Part shown: positions 42,584 through 54,793 of the stretch, one piece after another
How positions within the stretch are numbered: position 1 is the first letter of the stretch
Layout: the number at the start of each line of letters is the position of its first letter
From: an uncultured Chloroflexia bacterium
GTDB taxonomy: Bacteria; Chloroflexota; Limnocylindria; Limnocylindrales; CSP1-4
Assembly: GCA_963779575.1 (NCBI GenBank)
Contig: CAVZYT010000002.1
Coordinates: forward strand, 16,654-80,653
DNA length: 64,000 bases
Direction: 5' to 3'
The notes under the pieces: model-generated
Told to the model about the DNA's origin: nothing
Seen by the model: only the letters and a program-made list of their open reading frames with translations
Databases searched by the model: none
Made by a program: the position numbers and the translations under genes

Positions 42584-43324
42584 CTACCCGCCGGCCTCGC
42601 GCAGGTGGCGGTCGGTCATCGGCGCCGTCTTGGCCATCCCGTTGACCGTCTCGAGGACGAGCCGCACGGCGACCCCGTGATCGATCGCGTCGCGCACCCG
42701 GGCGAGCTCGACGACGAGGGCGAACGCGCACGTCGGCGGCCACTCCGACGCCGGGACCTGGTGCTCCGCGAAGATCGCGCGGACCGGCTCCCGCAGGTCA
42801 TACGCCTGGCGGAGCGGCGGGACGAACGGCCGGTTGTCCTCGGGCACGCTGAGCGGCACGAAGCCCCACGGGGCCGCCGGCCCACCGCCACCGAGAGTCC
42901 CGGCGAAGAGCCGGATCGGTTCGTCGACCGGCGGGAAGTCGTCTTCACCGTATCCCTGGGCGAGCGCGCCGCCGCGGACGATGCCGAACACGCTGGTGGC
43001 GGCCGTGGTCCAGTCGGAGGCGTCCGCGCACAGGATCCCGTTGACCCGGTCCGACAACACGGGCACTCCGGGCGTGAACGTATGGTGTTCGAGATCGAAG
43101 TCGCCCGCGGCCGCGATGCACGCCTCGCCGCAGACCGCGGCGGCCGCGCTGAGCAGGTCCTCGACCCGGATCCGGCCGTCCGCGTCGGCGAGCCTCGCCT
43201 CGAACATGGCGCTGAGCGCGTTGGTCGCCTCACGCATCCCGTCGGGATCCGTCGGGGGCTTCTCCGGTGACGGCCGGTTGGCTTCCCCCTTGTCCTCGCT
43301 GGAGCGGCGGCCGAACAACGGCAT
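42584..43324 (-). CDS. Hypothetical protein (247 aa)
   Basis: MPLFGRRSSEDKGEANRPSPEKPPTDPDG...; no family recognised. Confidence 0.45.
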   Translation of the reverse strand: MPLFGRRSSEDKGEANRPSPEKPPTDPDGMREATNALSAMFEARLADADGRIRVEDLLSAAAAVCGEACIAAAGDFDLEHHTFTPGVPVLSDRVNGILCADASDWTTAATSVFGIVRGGALAQGYGEDDFPPVDEPIRLFAGTLGGGGPAAPWGFVPLSVPEDNRPFVPPLRQAYDLREPVRAIFAEHQVPASEWPPTCAFALVVELARVRDAIDHGVAVRLVLETVNGMAKTAPMTDRHLREAGG

Positions 43325-43428
43325 GACGCTCTCCCCTCCATGCGCTATCGCCCACCCTACGCGCATGCGGCGGCCCGGTCGCGGTCACCGCACTAGGGAA
43401 GGTTCCGCATTGGGCGACGGCGACGACG

Positions 43429-44724
43429 TTGCGCTGCACGGCGCGGCCGGGCATGCTGCACGCGATGGACGACGACCGGAAGCGCGGCGCGCCTGCCCGC
43501 GCCATGGCCGCGGCCGCATTGCTCGTCGCGCTGCTCTCGGGCTGTTCGCCCGCGACAACCGTGATGTACTCGACGGCCTCCGAACCCGCAGCCTCGACCG
43601 TGATCGCGGCGGCCCCCTCCTCGCCTCCCTCCTCGGCACCGTCCGCGGCGGCGACCGCGTCCATGAGCGACGCCCCGGCGCCGACGGCAACGGCGCCCGC
43701 AACGCCGGCGGCTAGCCAGGCCCCTGCCTCAGCCACACCGGCGGCTACCCAGCCCGCCGCCTCCGCATCGACTTCGTCGTCGGGACCGCCGGCTGCCTAC
43801 GTGTTCGCCCCCTACTTCGAGACCTACACGTCGGACTCGCTCGCCGACGTCGCCAAGGCGTCGGGCGTCGGTCACTTCACGCTTGCGTTCCTCGAGACGA
43901 CGTCGAAGACCTCGTGCGACCTCGCCTGGAACGGCGACAAGGCGCGTCCCCTCGCGGCGGGTACGTATCTGCCTGAGATCGCCGCGCTGCGGGCGAAGGG
44001 CGGTGATGTGATCCCTTCCCTGGGCGGTTGGAGCGCGGACCAGGGCGGCACCGAGATCGGCGACTCGTGCAAGGACGTCCACAACATCCTGGAGGCGTAC
44101 AAGCAGCTCGTCACCACCTACGGCGTCAGCCGGATCGACATGGATATCGAGGGTCGCTCGCTCGGCCGGACCGCCGCCATCGACCGCCGCAACCAGGCGA
44201 TCCGGAAGCTCCAGGAATGGGCCACGGCCGAGGGCCGGCCACTGACGATCTCGTACACCCTGCCGACGTCGGCGACGGGGCTCGAGCCGGACGCACTGGC
44301 CGTGCTCCAGAGCGCGGTCGCCAACGCGGTTCGGATCGATGTCGTCCAGCCGATGGTGTTCGACTACTACGACGGCGAGACCACCGACATGGGCGCCGCC
44401 GCGATCTCGGCCCTGACCGGCCTCCACGACCAGCTGCGGGTGCTGCTCCCAGACAAGTCCGGCGCGGAGGTGTGGGCGATGGAGGGCGCGACGATCATGC
44501 CGGGCATCGACGACTACCCGAAGAAGACCGAGGTCACCACGCTGGCCCACGCGCAGGCGCTGCGCGACTTCGCGGCCGAGCACGGCATGGCCGCCCTGTC
44601 GATGTGGGCGATCCAGCGCGACAACGGCGGCTGCCCCGGCAAGGCGGGCTCCGACGGATGCTCGGGAATCGAGCAGTCCCCGTGGGCGTTCAGCCAGATC
44701 CTCGACACGTCTGCGAACCCCTGA
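43429..44724 (+). CDS. GH18 (chitinase-like) lipoprotein with a Pro/Ser/Ala-rich linker
   Basis: Lipobox AAALLVALLSGCS; ...VIPSLGGWSADQG...RIDMDIEG... (GH18 DxxDxDxE-type catalytic region). Confidence 0.75.
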   Translation: MRCTARPGMLHAMDDDRKRGAPARAMAAAALLVALLSGCSPATTVMYSTASEPAASTVIAAAPSSPPSSAPSAAATASMSDAPAPTATAPATPAASQAPASATPAATQPAASASTSSSGPPAAYVFAPYFETYTSDSLADVAKASGVGHFTLAFLETTSKTSCDLAWNGDKARPLAAGTYLPEIAALRAKGGDVIPSLGGWSADQGGTEIGDSCKDVHNILEAYKQLVTTYGVSRIDMDIEGRSLGRTAAIDRRNQAIRKLQEWATAEGRPLTISYTLPTSATGLEPDALAVLQSAVANAVRIDVVQPMVFDYYDGETTDMGAAAISALTGLHDQLRVLLPDKSGAEVWAMEGATIMPGIDDYPKKTEVTTLAHAQALRDFAAEHGMAALSMWAIQRDNGGCPGKAGSDGCSGIEQSPWAFSQILDTSANP

Positions 44725-44830
44725 GGCGGTCGGCCGAGTTGGGCATCGATGATCCGGCGGACTGGGGCGAGTTCGGGGTGGCCCTCGTCGGCGCATCGGC
44801 CGCGCTCGCGGGGCTGATCGTCTGAAGCGG

Positions 44831-45262
44831 TCAGTCCTCCGCCGAGGGCGTGATCCGGATCACCGGGATCACCCGGCCCGATTGCGCCGGGTACTCCGCG
44901 AAGTTCGGTAGCTCTTCGACGTGCTGCTCCCACAGGCGGTCGCGCTCACCGGGGTCGACGATCGTCGCGGTCGCGGCCGACACCCGGTTGGCGACCTCGA
45001 TGGTCACCTGCGGCTGCGCCTCGAGGTTGTGCACCCAGGACGGCGTGGTCGGTGACCCGCCCGCGGTCCCGGCGACCACGTAGTCGCCCGCGTCTCGCGT
45101 GTACGTGAGGATCGCCCGTCGCTCCTTGCCGCTCTTCGCCCCAACCGTCGTGAGGATCAGCAGCGGGTGTCCCGCCAGCGGCCCGTTCGTGACCACCCCG
45201 CCGTGCTCGCGCATGTCGGCGATCATCGCGTTCTCGAAGGTATCCCGGTCCCAGTCGGCCAT
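44831..45262 (-). CDS. Nitroreductase-family deazaflavin-dependent oxidoreductase (DUF385), second copy
   Basis: MADWDRDTFENAMIADMREHGGVVTNGPLAGHPLLILTTVGAKSGKERRAILTYTRD. Confidence 0.8.
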   Translation of the reverse strand: MADWDRDTFENAMIADMREHGGVVTNGPLAGHPLLILTTVGAKSGKERRAILTYTRDAGDYVVAGTAGGSPTTPSWVHNLEAQPQVTIEVANRVSAATATIVDPGERDRLWEQHVEELPNFAEYPAQSGRVIPVIRITPSAED

Positions 45263-45406
45263 CGCCTGCGTTCCCCCTGCGTCTCGGCATCCTCGGCAGT
45301 CCGCCCGAAGAAGTTGCACGTGCAACGATGACACGGATCGTCGGGCGTCGCCAGCGGCGGGACGGTTTGCGGTCGATCGGCCGTGGAGCCATGCTTCGGG
45401 CGTGAC

Positions 45407-45809
45407 CGCGTTTCCCGAGCCCGAGACGGCCCTTACCCACATCCTCATCGTGTCTGACGTCGTCCGATCCCGGGCCTGGTACACGGAGGTGCTCGGCGCC
45501 ACGGTCTACCGCGAGTACGGCGGCACATCGGTCGTCCTCAGCTTCGCGGGGACGTGGCTGCTGCTCACGACCGGCGGGCCACCCACCGACGACAAGCCCG
45601 GTGTTACGCTCGCCGCCCCTTTAGACCCGGGCACTCGTGACGGCCTGTTCACGATCCGCGTGGCGGACTGCCAGGCCACGTACGACCTCCTCCTCGGGCG
45701 CGGCGCGACCTTCCTCACGCCGCCCGTCGCCCGGGGCGCGGAGACGCGAGCCTTCTTCGGGGACCCCGACGGGCACCTGTTCGAGATCAGCGAGTACCGC
45801 TCGGGCTGA
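45407..45809 (+). CDS. VOC / glyoxalase-bleomycin-resistance family protein
   Basis: GTG start; ...ALTHILIVSDVVRSRAWYTEVLGATVYREYGG...FGDPDGHLFEISEY. Confidence 0.65.
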
Positions 45810-45842
45810 CTGGCCGGTCACTCCAGACCCGGCGCTGGTCGT

Positions 45843-47204
45843 TCAGACCAGCTCGTGCGCCCGGGCCTTGCGCAGGTGCTCGAGGAAGAACGCGTAATGG
45901 GGCGGGCTGGGGATGAGCCGCGCGAGGTAGATCTCGTAGTGGGCAACCGCCTGGTCGAACTCCGAGAGCCGGTGATGCGTCTTCCCGATCAGGGCCTCGG
46001 TGTTCTTCACGATCTCCTGCAGGCCGAGCTCGCGGGCCTCGTCCCGGACCTTCTCGAGCACGGCCAGCGCCGGCCGTGGTTCCGTGATCTCGGGATCGTT
46101 GGCGGCGACGGCCCGGGCGAACATCGGGGCGATCACGGTGAATGGCACGTCCACCTTCATGAAGCTGTCCAGGGCGTGCCACGTCGTCGCATCAGCCTCG
46201 CCCGTCTGCTCGATGCCCACCGCCTGCTGGAACGAGCGCGCCTTCTGCACGGTCGTGTCGTCGAAGCCGTTGCCGGGTGCGAGGTTCGGCGCCCAGCCGA
46301 CCATCATGTTCGCGAGCTTGCCCTTGAACAGGTCGATATGCGGTCCGGCCTCGCCGGACTTCGCCGGGATGCGCGCCTTGATGCCGCCGCCCGCGTGCGT
46401 GTCCGCTCCCGAGCCGGGCTTGATCCCGGGAAGCGCGGGCTCGGGGTCGGGCGTCTGCTCGGGGGAGAACCGGTTCTGCCGTGACTCGGTCAGCCGGTCG
46501 AGGATCTCGCGCCGCAGCGCCTCCTGGTTGAATCGTCCCGACAGGGCCGTCTCGTAGGCCTGGACCGCCGCACCGAACCGGCCGCGCGCCTGGTGGCAGA
46601 TCCCGGCTCGGGTCATCGCGGGCCCGATCATCTCGGGCGAGTTCGCGTTGAGGGCGATGTCCTGGTAGATCGCGATGGCCCGGTCATAGCTGCCCGGCAC
46701 CTCGAGCGTCCTGGCGTGCGCGAACCGATCGTCGTTCGCGATCTCGGTCTCCTCGACCGGCGACTGCGGCACCAGCGAGTCGAGCGCGTGCCAGGTCCGG
46801 AGCCCGGCCACCCCATCGGGATCGAGCCCCGTGTCGGTCTGGAAGTCGACGACATCGGCGTGGGTGAGGGGGCCGAAGATGCCATCGATGCGGGCCCGCC
46901 TGGCGGCGTCCCTGTCGTGCTCGCGCTCACGAATCTGGCGCAGCTTCATCTGCAGCACCTTCACGTCGGAGCCCGTGTCGCCGCGGCGCAGTGTGCGTCG
47001 CGCGGGCGTCGCTCCGCCGCCCGCTCCGGCGTCGGGCTCGCCCTCACGTTGCACCGTCCCCTGAGACTGCGCGTCGCGGACGAGCTGCGCCGTCGCGGCG
47101 TTGCCTGCGAGCTCCTGGATGCGGCGCAGGCCCGACTGCGGCGACGGCTTGGCGCGCGTCGTCTCGGCCCGCTTGGGTGCCGTGGTCCGGCGGTCGTCGA
47201 ACAT
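45843..47204 (-). CDS. Secreted protein with an N-terminal LQxxAGNAA leader-like motif, two PG_binding_1 domains and a TPR-like segment
   Basis: Residues 27-45 GLRRIQELAGNAATAQLVR...TVQRE. PG_binding_1 domains at GDTGSDVKVLQMKLRQI...DGIFGPLTHADVVDFQTDTGLDPDGVAGLRTWHAL and GNGFDDTTVQKARSFQQAVGIEQTGEADATTWHAL. Confidence 0.7.
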   Translation of the reverse strand: MFDDRRTTAPKRAETTRAKPSPQSGLRRIQELAGNAATAQLVRDAQSQGTVQREGEPDAGAGGGATPARRTLRRGDTGSDVKVLQMKLRQIREREHDRDAARRARIDGIFGPLTHADVVDFQTDTGLDPDGVAGLRTWHALDSLVPQSPVEETEIANDDRFAHARTLEVPGSYDRAIAIYQDIALNANSPEMIGPAMTRAGICHQARGRFGAAVQAYETALSGRFNQEALRREILDRLTESRQNRFSPEQTPDPEPALPGIKPGSGADTHAGGGIKARIPAKSGEAGPHIDLFKGKLANMMVGWAPNLAPGNGFDDTTVQKARSFQQAVGIEQTGEADATTWHALDSFMKVDVPFTVIAPMFARAVAANDPEITEPRPALAVLEKVRDEARELGLQEIVKNTEALIGKTHHRLSEFDQAVAHYEIYLARLIPSPPHYAFFLEHLRKARAHELV

Positions 47205-47292
47205 GCTGTGACGCTGAGCATCCGACGACGTCGGGCCGGAATCAATGGGCGCCGCTGTGATGTGCCCGTTCGGGCAGGCCGCTTGGACTGGC

Positions 47293-49257
47293 CTACGTCC
47301 AGCTGATCGCCGCGACGTGGACCGGGGCGCTCACGCCCTTGACCTCGGCGTCGCGCGCGTCGGTCGTGGTGACGTCGCCCGCGTCTGCGAGCACGTCGGA
47401 TGTGACGAGGATCTCGCCAGCACCCGCGAGGGCACTCACCCGTGCCGCGATGTGCACGCCCATGCCCGAGTAGTCGTCGCCGCGCCGGTTCGCCTCCGCC
47501 GTATGCAGCCCCACCCGAACCGACAACGCGAAGCCGGTGTCGTCGGGATGGTCGCGCAGCGCCCGCTGGATCGCGACGGCGCAGTCGATGCCCCTGCGGG
47601 CGGCCATGAACGCCGCGAAGAACCCGTCGCCGGTCGACTTGACAATCTCGCCCCCACCCTCCGCGACAACCCGTCGCAGCATGTCGTCGTGCCAGCGCAG
47701 GAGGCGCTCCCAGGCCACATCGCCGAGCGCCTCCGCGAGCACCGTCGAGCCCACGATGTCGGTGAACATGAACGTCATCCGGACCTGCGTCGGCCCGGAG
47801 CGCCGCTCCTCCGCGTCGCGCAGCTCGCGCTCCGCCGCGGCGGCGTCGACCGTCGCGCCCAGCCGCTTGAACTCGTCGAGGGCCGCGCGCTGCTCGAGGT
47901 CCGCGCCGTCGTCGTCGAGCATGCGCAACGTCGACGCCAGGAGTGACCGCGCACGGGCGACCTCGTACGGCGACCCGACCTCGCGCCAGCCCTTGATCGC
48001 GCCCCGCAGCGCCTGGCTCGCACCGACGCCCTCGCTCTCGGCGATCAGCACCCGGCCCAGGGCCACGAGTCGCCCGGCCTCGAGCGCGGGTGCCGGATAG
48101 CCGCTCACGATGCCGCCGAGCTCGTCAACGGTGGTTCGCGCGAGGGCGATGTCGCCCGCAGCGATGGCGATCTGCACCTTGGCCGGCAGCAGCCTGGAGC
48201 GGGCCCACTGGTCCCAGCTTGCCTCGGCGAGCGCCGCGTCGATCGCTGTCAGGGCAGCCTTGGGCTTGCCCTCGGCGAGACGGATGAGCGCGAGAGCCGG
48301 CTGGGGCGACCGACCGCGCGCGTGCGCCTCTCGAAGGGCTTCCTCAGCGCCGGCGAAGTCGCCCCGCAGCCTGCGGATGTCCCCGATCGCGTAGTACCCA
48401 TCCGCCTGCGGCGGCGTGGCGTTGAAGCCGCCAAGCTCGTCCGTCGCGCGGACGAGCTCCTGCTCCGCGGTATCCCAGGCGCCGCCGACGGCCTTCACCT
48501 CCGCGCGGTGGACGCGACACACGCCGGGGAACCCCGACACCGCCTGGCGCTTGCAGTAGGACTCCGTGGCGTCGATCCATTCGGACGCGCGGCGGTAGTC
48601 GGTCAGGTCACGGCAGGCCGAGATCAACCGGCAGCAGGTAATCCCGCTGACGACCGGCGACAGCTCGTCGTTGATCGCCGCGATCGAGGCCTCCTCCATC
48701 AGCGCGAAGCCGGACTCGGCGTCCCCGCCAACGATCTTGAGGTAGCCAAGGTTCGACTGCGCGGACGCTCGCAGGTCCGCGTCGGCCACCCGGTTGCCGA
48801 TGTCGATTGCCTCCTGGGCCAGGGCCAGCGCCTGCTCCGGGTCTGCGACCATCGCGGCCTCGCTGCGCAGCAGCACCGCGTAGCCGTTGGCATACGACTC
48901 CGGGAGCCCGGCGAGCTGCTGCTCGGCCTTGCGCATCCACGCCGATGCCATCGCGTGACGGCCCGCGTAGCCGTGCTCGTGCGCGATGTCGAGGGCCAGG
49001 TACGCGGCCCGCACAGCGTTACCCTCGGTGACGTATGCGCGGTATGCCCGTTCCTTGAGCTCCCGGCCGGCCTCGGCCTCGGCGGAGAAGAACGCAGCGG
49101 TCGAGAGCGACTCGAGGTCCTCGCCGCGCAGCGAAACCGCCCGGTCTGCCTCTCCAAGCCGCTCAAAGGCCTCGCGCCACTCGTGCCGCCCGTAGGCGGC
49201 GCGTCCGGCCGCCAGCGGGTCGGCGGAAGGGCTGCCGGTGGTGGTCGTCTCGGTCAT
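47293..49257 (-). CDS. Class III adenylate/guanylate cyclase with a large N-terminal TPR-like helical-repeat domain
   Basis: C-terminal ...VRMTFMFTDIVGSTVLAEALGDVAWERLLRWHDDMLRRVVAEGGGEIVKSTGDGFFAAF...VRVGLHTAE... Confidence 0.8.
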   Translation of the reverse strand: MTETTTTGSPSADPLAAGRAAYGRHEWREAFERLGEADRAVSLRGEDLESLSTAAFFSAEAEAGRELKERAYRAYVTEGNAVRAAYLALDIAHEHGYAGRHAMASAWMRKAEQQLAGLPESYANGYAVLLRSEAAMVADPEQALALAQEAIDIGNRVADADLRASAQSNLGYLKIVGGDAESGFALMEEASIAAINDELSPVVSGITCCRLISACRDLTDYRRASEWIDATESYCKRQAVSGFPGVCRVHRAEVKAVGGAWDTAEQELVRATDELGGFNATPPQADGYYAIGDIRRLRGDFAGAEEALREAHARGRSPQPALALIRLAEGKPKAALTAIDAALAEASWDQWARSRLLPAKVQIAIAAGDIALARTTVDELGGIVSGYPAPALEAGRLVALGRVLIAESEGVGASQALRGAIKGWREVGSPYEVARARSLLASTLRMLDDDGADLEQRAALDEFKRLGATVDAAAAERELRDAEERRSGPTQVRMTFMFTDIVGSTVLAEALGDVAWERLLRWHDDMLRRVVAEGGGEIVKSTGDGFFAAFMAARRGIDCAVAIQRALRDHPDDTGFALSVRVGLHTAEANRRGDDYSGMGVHIAARVSALAGAGEILVTSDVLADAGDVTTTDARDAEVKGVSAPVHVAAISWT

Positions 49258-49416
49258 CGGGGGGATTGTGACACCGGCCGCGATCGGGCTATTGCGCCCG
49301 GGTGCGAAGATGCGCGCATGGTCGAGTACGGACAGGGGGTTGGTCAGGCGACGGGCGTGGGCGCCGGGTCCCATGGCGGTGGCTCCCAGGATCTGGGCGC
49401 CGGAGCCGCGGCGTTC

Positions 49417-49521
49417 ATGCACGACGCCATCAACCAGCTCAACGCGCTGCCGCCGACGACGCTGGTGATCATCGTGGTGCTCATCTTCGTCGGCCTGGTC
49501 ATCGTCCGCCGCGCGTTCTGA
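49417..49521 (+). CDS. Candidate mini-protein with a single TM helix (34 aa; a 67-aa Gly-rich version from 49349 is also possible)
   Basis: MHDAINQLNALPPTTLVIIVVLIFVGLVIVRRAF, in the 260-bp gap between the two cyclase genes on the opposite strand. Confidence 0.25.
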   Translation: MHDAINQLNALPPTTLVIIVVLIFVGLVIVRRAF

Positions 49522-50313
49522 TCAGGCGCCAGGTCGGTCGACCAGGACGTCCATCGACGTCTCGCGGCCGCGCACCTCGACGGTTCGCCGTTCCAGCCCC
49601 TCGATCGCAATCCCGGCCGCGGCCACCGCGTCGGTCGAGATCAGGAGCTCACCTCCGCCCGCCAGGGACGCCAGCCGTGCGGTGGAGTTGACGACGTCAC
49701 CCAATGCCGTGAAGTCCGAGATCTCGCCGCTCGCCCCCACGCTGCCGACGTACGCGATCCCCGTGTGAACGCCGGCGCCGACCGGGATCGGGCCCGCGCC
49801 GGACGCATCCGACCGGCCCACGGCCGCGAGCAGGTCGCGCCCAGCCGAGATGGACCGGGCCGCGTGGTCGCGACCCGCGAAGCCTGGGATGAACAGGCCG
49901 ATCGCCTCGTCGCCCACGAACTTGTCGACCACGCCCTCGTTCTCGGTGATCGCCTTGGCCGCGAGGCGGTAGAAGGCGTGCAGTAACCCGGAGAACTCGG
50001 TGGGGCTGAGACGCTCCCCGATCGACGTTGACCCGCGGATGTCGGCGAACAGCAGCGAGATCTCGATCTCCGCGCCGCCTGGCCCCTGCTTCGCGAGATT
50101 GCCGATGCACGCCTTGCACAGTTGCGGGTTCTTTTCCCACGGGCCGAACCAGGGCTTGAGCACGAAGCCACCGATCCCGCCGAACGGGGCGTGGCACATC
50201 TTGCAGCGCGGTGCCGATGGGACGCGCCGGAAGTTCCGGCGCAACGCGAGCGCGCCCGGATTGTCCGGGGCGAGCATCGCCCGCCATGCCTCTTCGTTCG
50301 AGCCCGCGACCAC
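49522..50313 (-). CDS. Class III adenylate cyclase with an N-terminal CxxC...CxxC zinc-ribbon
   Basis: ...RCKMCHAPFGG...LCKACIGNL... then ISLLFADIRGSTSIGERL...FVGDEAIGLF... Confidence 0.8.
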   Translation of the reverse strand: MVAGSNEEAWRAMLAPDNPGALALRRNFRRVPSAPRCKMCHAPFGGIGGFVLKPWFGPWEKNPQLCKACIGNLAKQGPGGAEIEISLLFADIRGSTSIGERLSPTEFSGLLHAFYRLAAKAITENEGVVDKFVGDEAIGLFIPGFAGRDHAARSISAGRDLLAAVGRSDASGAGPIPVGAGVHTGIAYVGSVGASGEISDFTALGDVVNSTARLASLAGGGELLISTDAVAAAGIAIEGLERRTVEVRGRETSMDVLVDRPGA

Positions 50314-50373
50314 GCCCTCGAGTGTAGGCTCCGGGCGCGCGATGGCAACCGGTCGGTCGAGCCGGCCCGCGGG

Positions 50374-52566
<2,193 letters not shown>

Positions 52567-52600
52567 CGGCCAACCCCGACCGGCGACAGACCTGAACCCG

Positions 52601-52658
52601 TTGAGCCTATCAATTACGATACAGAGCGTCGAGTATCTAATATGGTAAAGTCTCCGAC
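52601..52658. promoter_or_regulatory. AT-rich divergent promoter/operator region between the tetR gene and the kinase-cyclase genes
   Basis: The only AT-rich 50-nt stretch in the neighbourhood. Inverted repeat GATAC-n10-GTATC at 52618-52637; TAATAT -10-like hexamer at 52638-52643. Confidence 0.35.
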
Positions 52659-53285
52659 ATGTCCGGGTCGTCCGTGGATCGCGAGCTCTCCCCCAGCGAG
52701 CATCGCCATGCCGGCGGACGGCCGCGCCTGCCGGACACGGATCGCGCGATCATCCAGGCGGTCGGCGACCTGCTGACCGAGCAGGGCGTGCGGGGGACGA
52801 CCATCAATGCGGTCGCGGACCGTGCAGGTGTCGCCCGCGGGACCGTGTACCGGCGGTGGCCGAACCGGTCGGCGATGATCGCCTCGGCGATCCGGGCGTC
52901 GCGGACCCTGGAGCCACTCGAGCTCAGCGATGACCTGGAGGGCAACGTCCGGCGGCAGGCCGAAGAGGCACGGCTCGCGCTCGCGGAGCCGTCGTTCCAG
53001 GCGATGATCCCGACCCTCGCGGAGATGCAGCTCAACGGCGAGTCCGACGACATCGTCCGCTCGACGATCTTCCCGCGCCGGCGTCAGATGGCCGAGATGT
53101 ACGAGCGGCTCGCGGGGGACGCGGGCTACCGGACCGACATCCCACCCGAGCTGCCCAACGACCTGCTCATCGGCGCCATGCTGTATCGCCTGTTGTACGA
53201 CGGGCGGCCGCCCACCACGGACGACGTCCAGGGCATGGTCGACGTCATCCTCGACGGGATACGGCGGCGCGATCCGCGGGCCTGA
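52659..53285 (+). CDS. TetR-family transcriptional regulator
   Basis: ...AIIQAVGDLLTEQGVRGTTINAVADRAGVARGTVYRRWPNRSAMI is the TetR HTH. Confidence 0.85.
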   Translation: MSGSSVDRELSPSEHRHAGGRPRLPDTDRAIIQAVGDLLTEQGVRGTTINAVADRAGVARGTVYRRWPNRSAMIASAIRASRTLEPLELSDDLEGNVRRQAEEARLALAEPSFQAMIPTLAEMQLNGESDDIVRSTIFPRRRQMAEMYERLAGDAGYRTDIPPELPNDLLIGAMLYRLLYDGRPPTTDDVQGMVDVILDGIRRRDPRA

Positions 53286-53313
53286 CGGGCCGCACCTCGT
53301 GTAGGGTCCACGC

Positions 53314-54345
53314 ATGCGACTCGGCTACGGGCTTCTCACCGCACAACGACACCCCGACGACGCGCGCGACTGGGCAGCGCTGTACCGCGAGGCCATCGAC
53401 TACGGCGTCCTCGCCGAGAACGGTGGCCTTGACTCGTTCTGGACCAGCGAGCATCACTTCGTCGACGACGGCTACATGTCGGCGCAGCTGCCGGTCCTGG
53501 CGGCCGTCGCGGCGCGGACCGAACGGATAAGGCTCGGGACCGGCGTGCTGCTTGCGCCGATGTTCGAACCCCTGCGCCTCGCCGAGGACGCGGCGACCGT
53601 CGACCTGATCTCCGGCGGGCGCCTCATCCTCGGCCTGGGCATCGGCTGGCGGGACGAGGAGTTCGAGGGATTCGAGGTCGACACGCGCCAGCGGGGACGC
53701 CGCCTCGACGACACGATCACCGTCCTGCGCCAGGCCTGGGGCGACGGGCTGGTGACCGGCGACGGGGTGTCGTTCCGTTATGCCGAGCCCGGCCTCAACG
53801 TCACGCCCAAGCCAGTCCGTGGCGCCGCAACGCCGATCTGGATCGGGGCGGGCGCGGAGCCGGCGGTCAGGCGGGCCGGCCGGGCCGCCGACGGCTACCT
53901 CGGCAGCGGCGCCTCCCCCGCCGCGCTGGCCGAGCGTGCCGCGTGGATCCGCGACGAAGCCGAGACCATCGGGCGGGACCCGGCTGCGATCGAGATCGCC
54001 ATCCACCGGACGGCGTTCCCGTGGCGCGGTCCCGACGCGTGGGAGCGCGTCGCCGGCGCCGCGCGCTACATGACCTGGAAGTACGAGGACATGGGCGCTG
54101 CTCACGGGTCGCTCGAACGGCGCCGGCCACCGGCCATGGACGCCGCAACGGCCGAGGGCCTGCGGTCGCGCACACTCGTGGGCACGCCCGAGCAGGTCGC
54201 CGACGGCGTGCGTGCCTACGCGGCGACGCTCGGCAGCACCGGGTCGTTCGTGTTCCGCGGCCATTTCCCAGGCCTGGACCCCGGGATCCAGCGCGAGGCC
54301 TTCGACACGCTCATCGAGGAGGTCATCCCGCTGCTCCGGGACTGA
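53314..54345 (+). CDS. LLM-class (luciferase-like) F420-dependent oxidoreductase
   Basis: MRLGYGLLTAQRHPDD...SFWTSEHHF...LGLGIGW... Confidence 0.8.
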   Translation: MRLGYGLLTAQRHPDDARDWAALYREAIDYGVLAENGGLDSFWTSEHHFVDDGYMSAQLPVLAAVAARTERIRLGTGVLLAPMFEPLRLAEDAATVDLISGGRLILGLGIGWRDEEFEGFEVDTRQRGRRLDDTITVLRQAWGDGLVTGDGVSFRYAEPGLNVTPKPVRGAATPIWIGAGAEPAVRRAGRAADGYLGSGASPAALAERAAWIRDEAETIGRDPAAIEIAIHRTAFPWRGPDAWERVAGAARYMTWKYEDMGAAHGSLERRRPPAMDAATAEGLRSRTLVGTPEQVADGVRAYAATLGSTGSFVFRGHFPGLDPGIQREAFDTLIEEVIPLLRD

Positions 54346-54360
54346 CCGCGGCCCCGCGCC

Positions 54361-54762
54361 GTGCCCCACAATGCGCCGATGCACCTCATCGCCGTCGCCG
54401 CCGCGCTTGTCGCTGCCGCCATCCACCTGTGGTTTTTCGTGCTCGAAAGCGTCCAGTTCACCCAGCCCAAGGTCTACGCGCGCTTCGGACTGCACTCGGC
54501 CGAGGACGCCGCGATCGTGCGCCCGATGGCGTTCAACCAGGGGTTCTACAACCTGTTCCTGGCGATCGGGATCCTCGTCGGCCTCGCCCTCGTCGCCGTG
54601 GGACAGGTCGACGCGGGCCGCGCGATCGTGCTGTTCGCGTGCGCCACGATGGTCGGCGCGGGCGTCGTGCTGCTGGCGTCGAACCGGCGGTTCCTGATCG
54701 GCGCGTCGATCCAGGCCGTGCCGCCCCTCGTCGTCCTCGTCGTGAGCCTGATCGCGCGCTAG
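54361..54762 (+). CDS. DUF1304 membrane protein
   Basis: Four TM helices; ...WFFVLESVQFTQPKVYARFGLHSAEDAAIVRPMAFNQGFYNLFLAIGI. Confidence 0.65.
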   Translation: MPHNAPMHLIAVAAALVAAAIHLWFFVLESVQFTQPKVYARFGLHSAEDAAIVRPMAFNQGFYNLFLAIGILVGLALVAVGQVDAGRAIVLFACATMVGAGVVLLASNRRFLIGASIQAVPPLVVLVVSLIAR

Positions 54763-54793
54763 CGATCCAGGCGACGTAACCACGGTCGAACCG

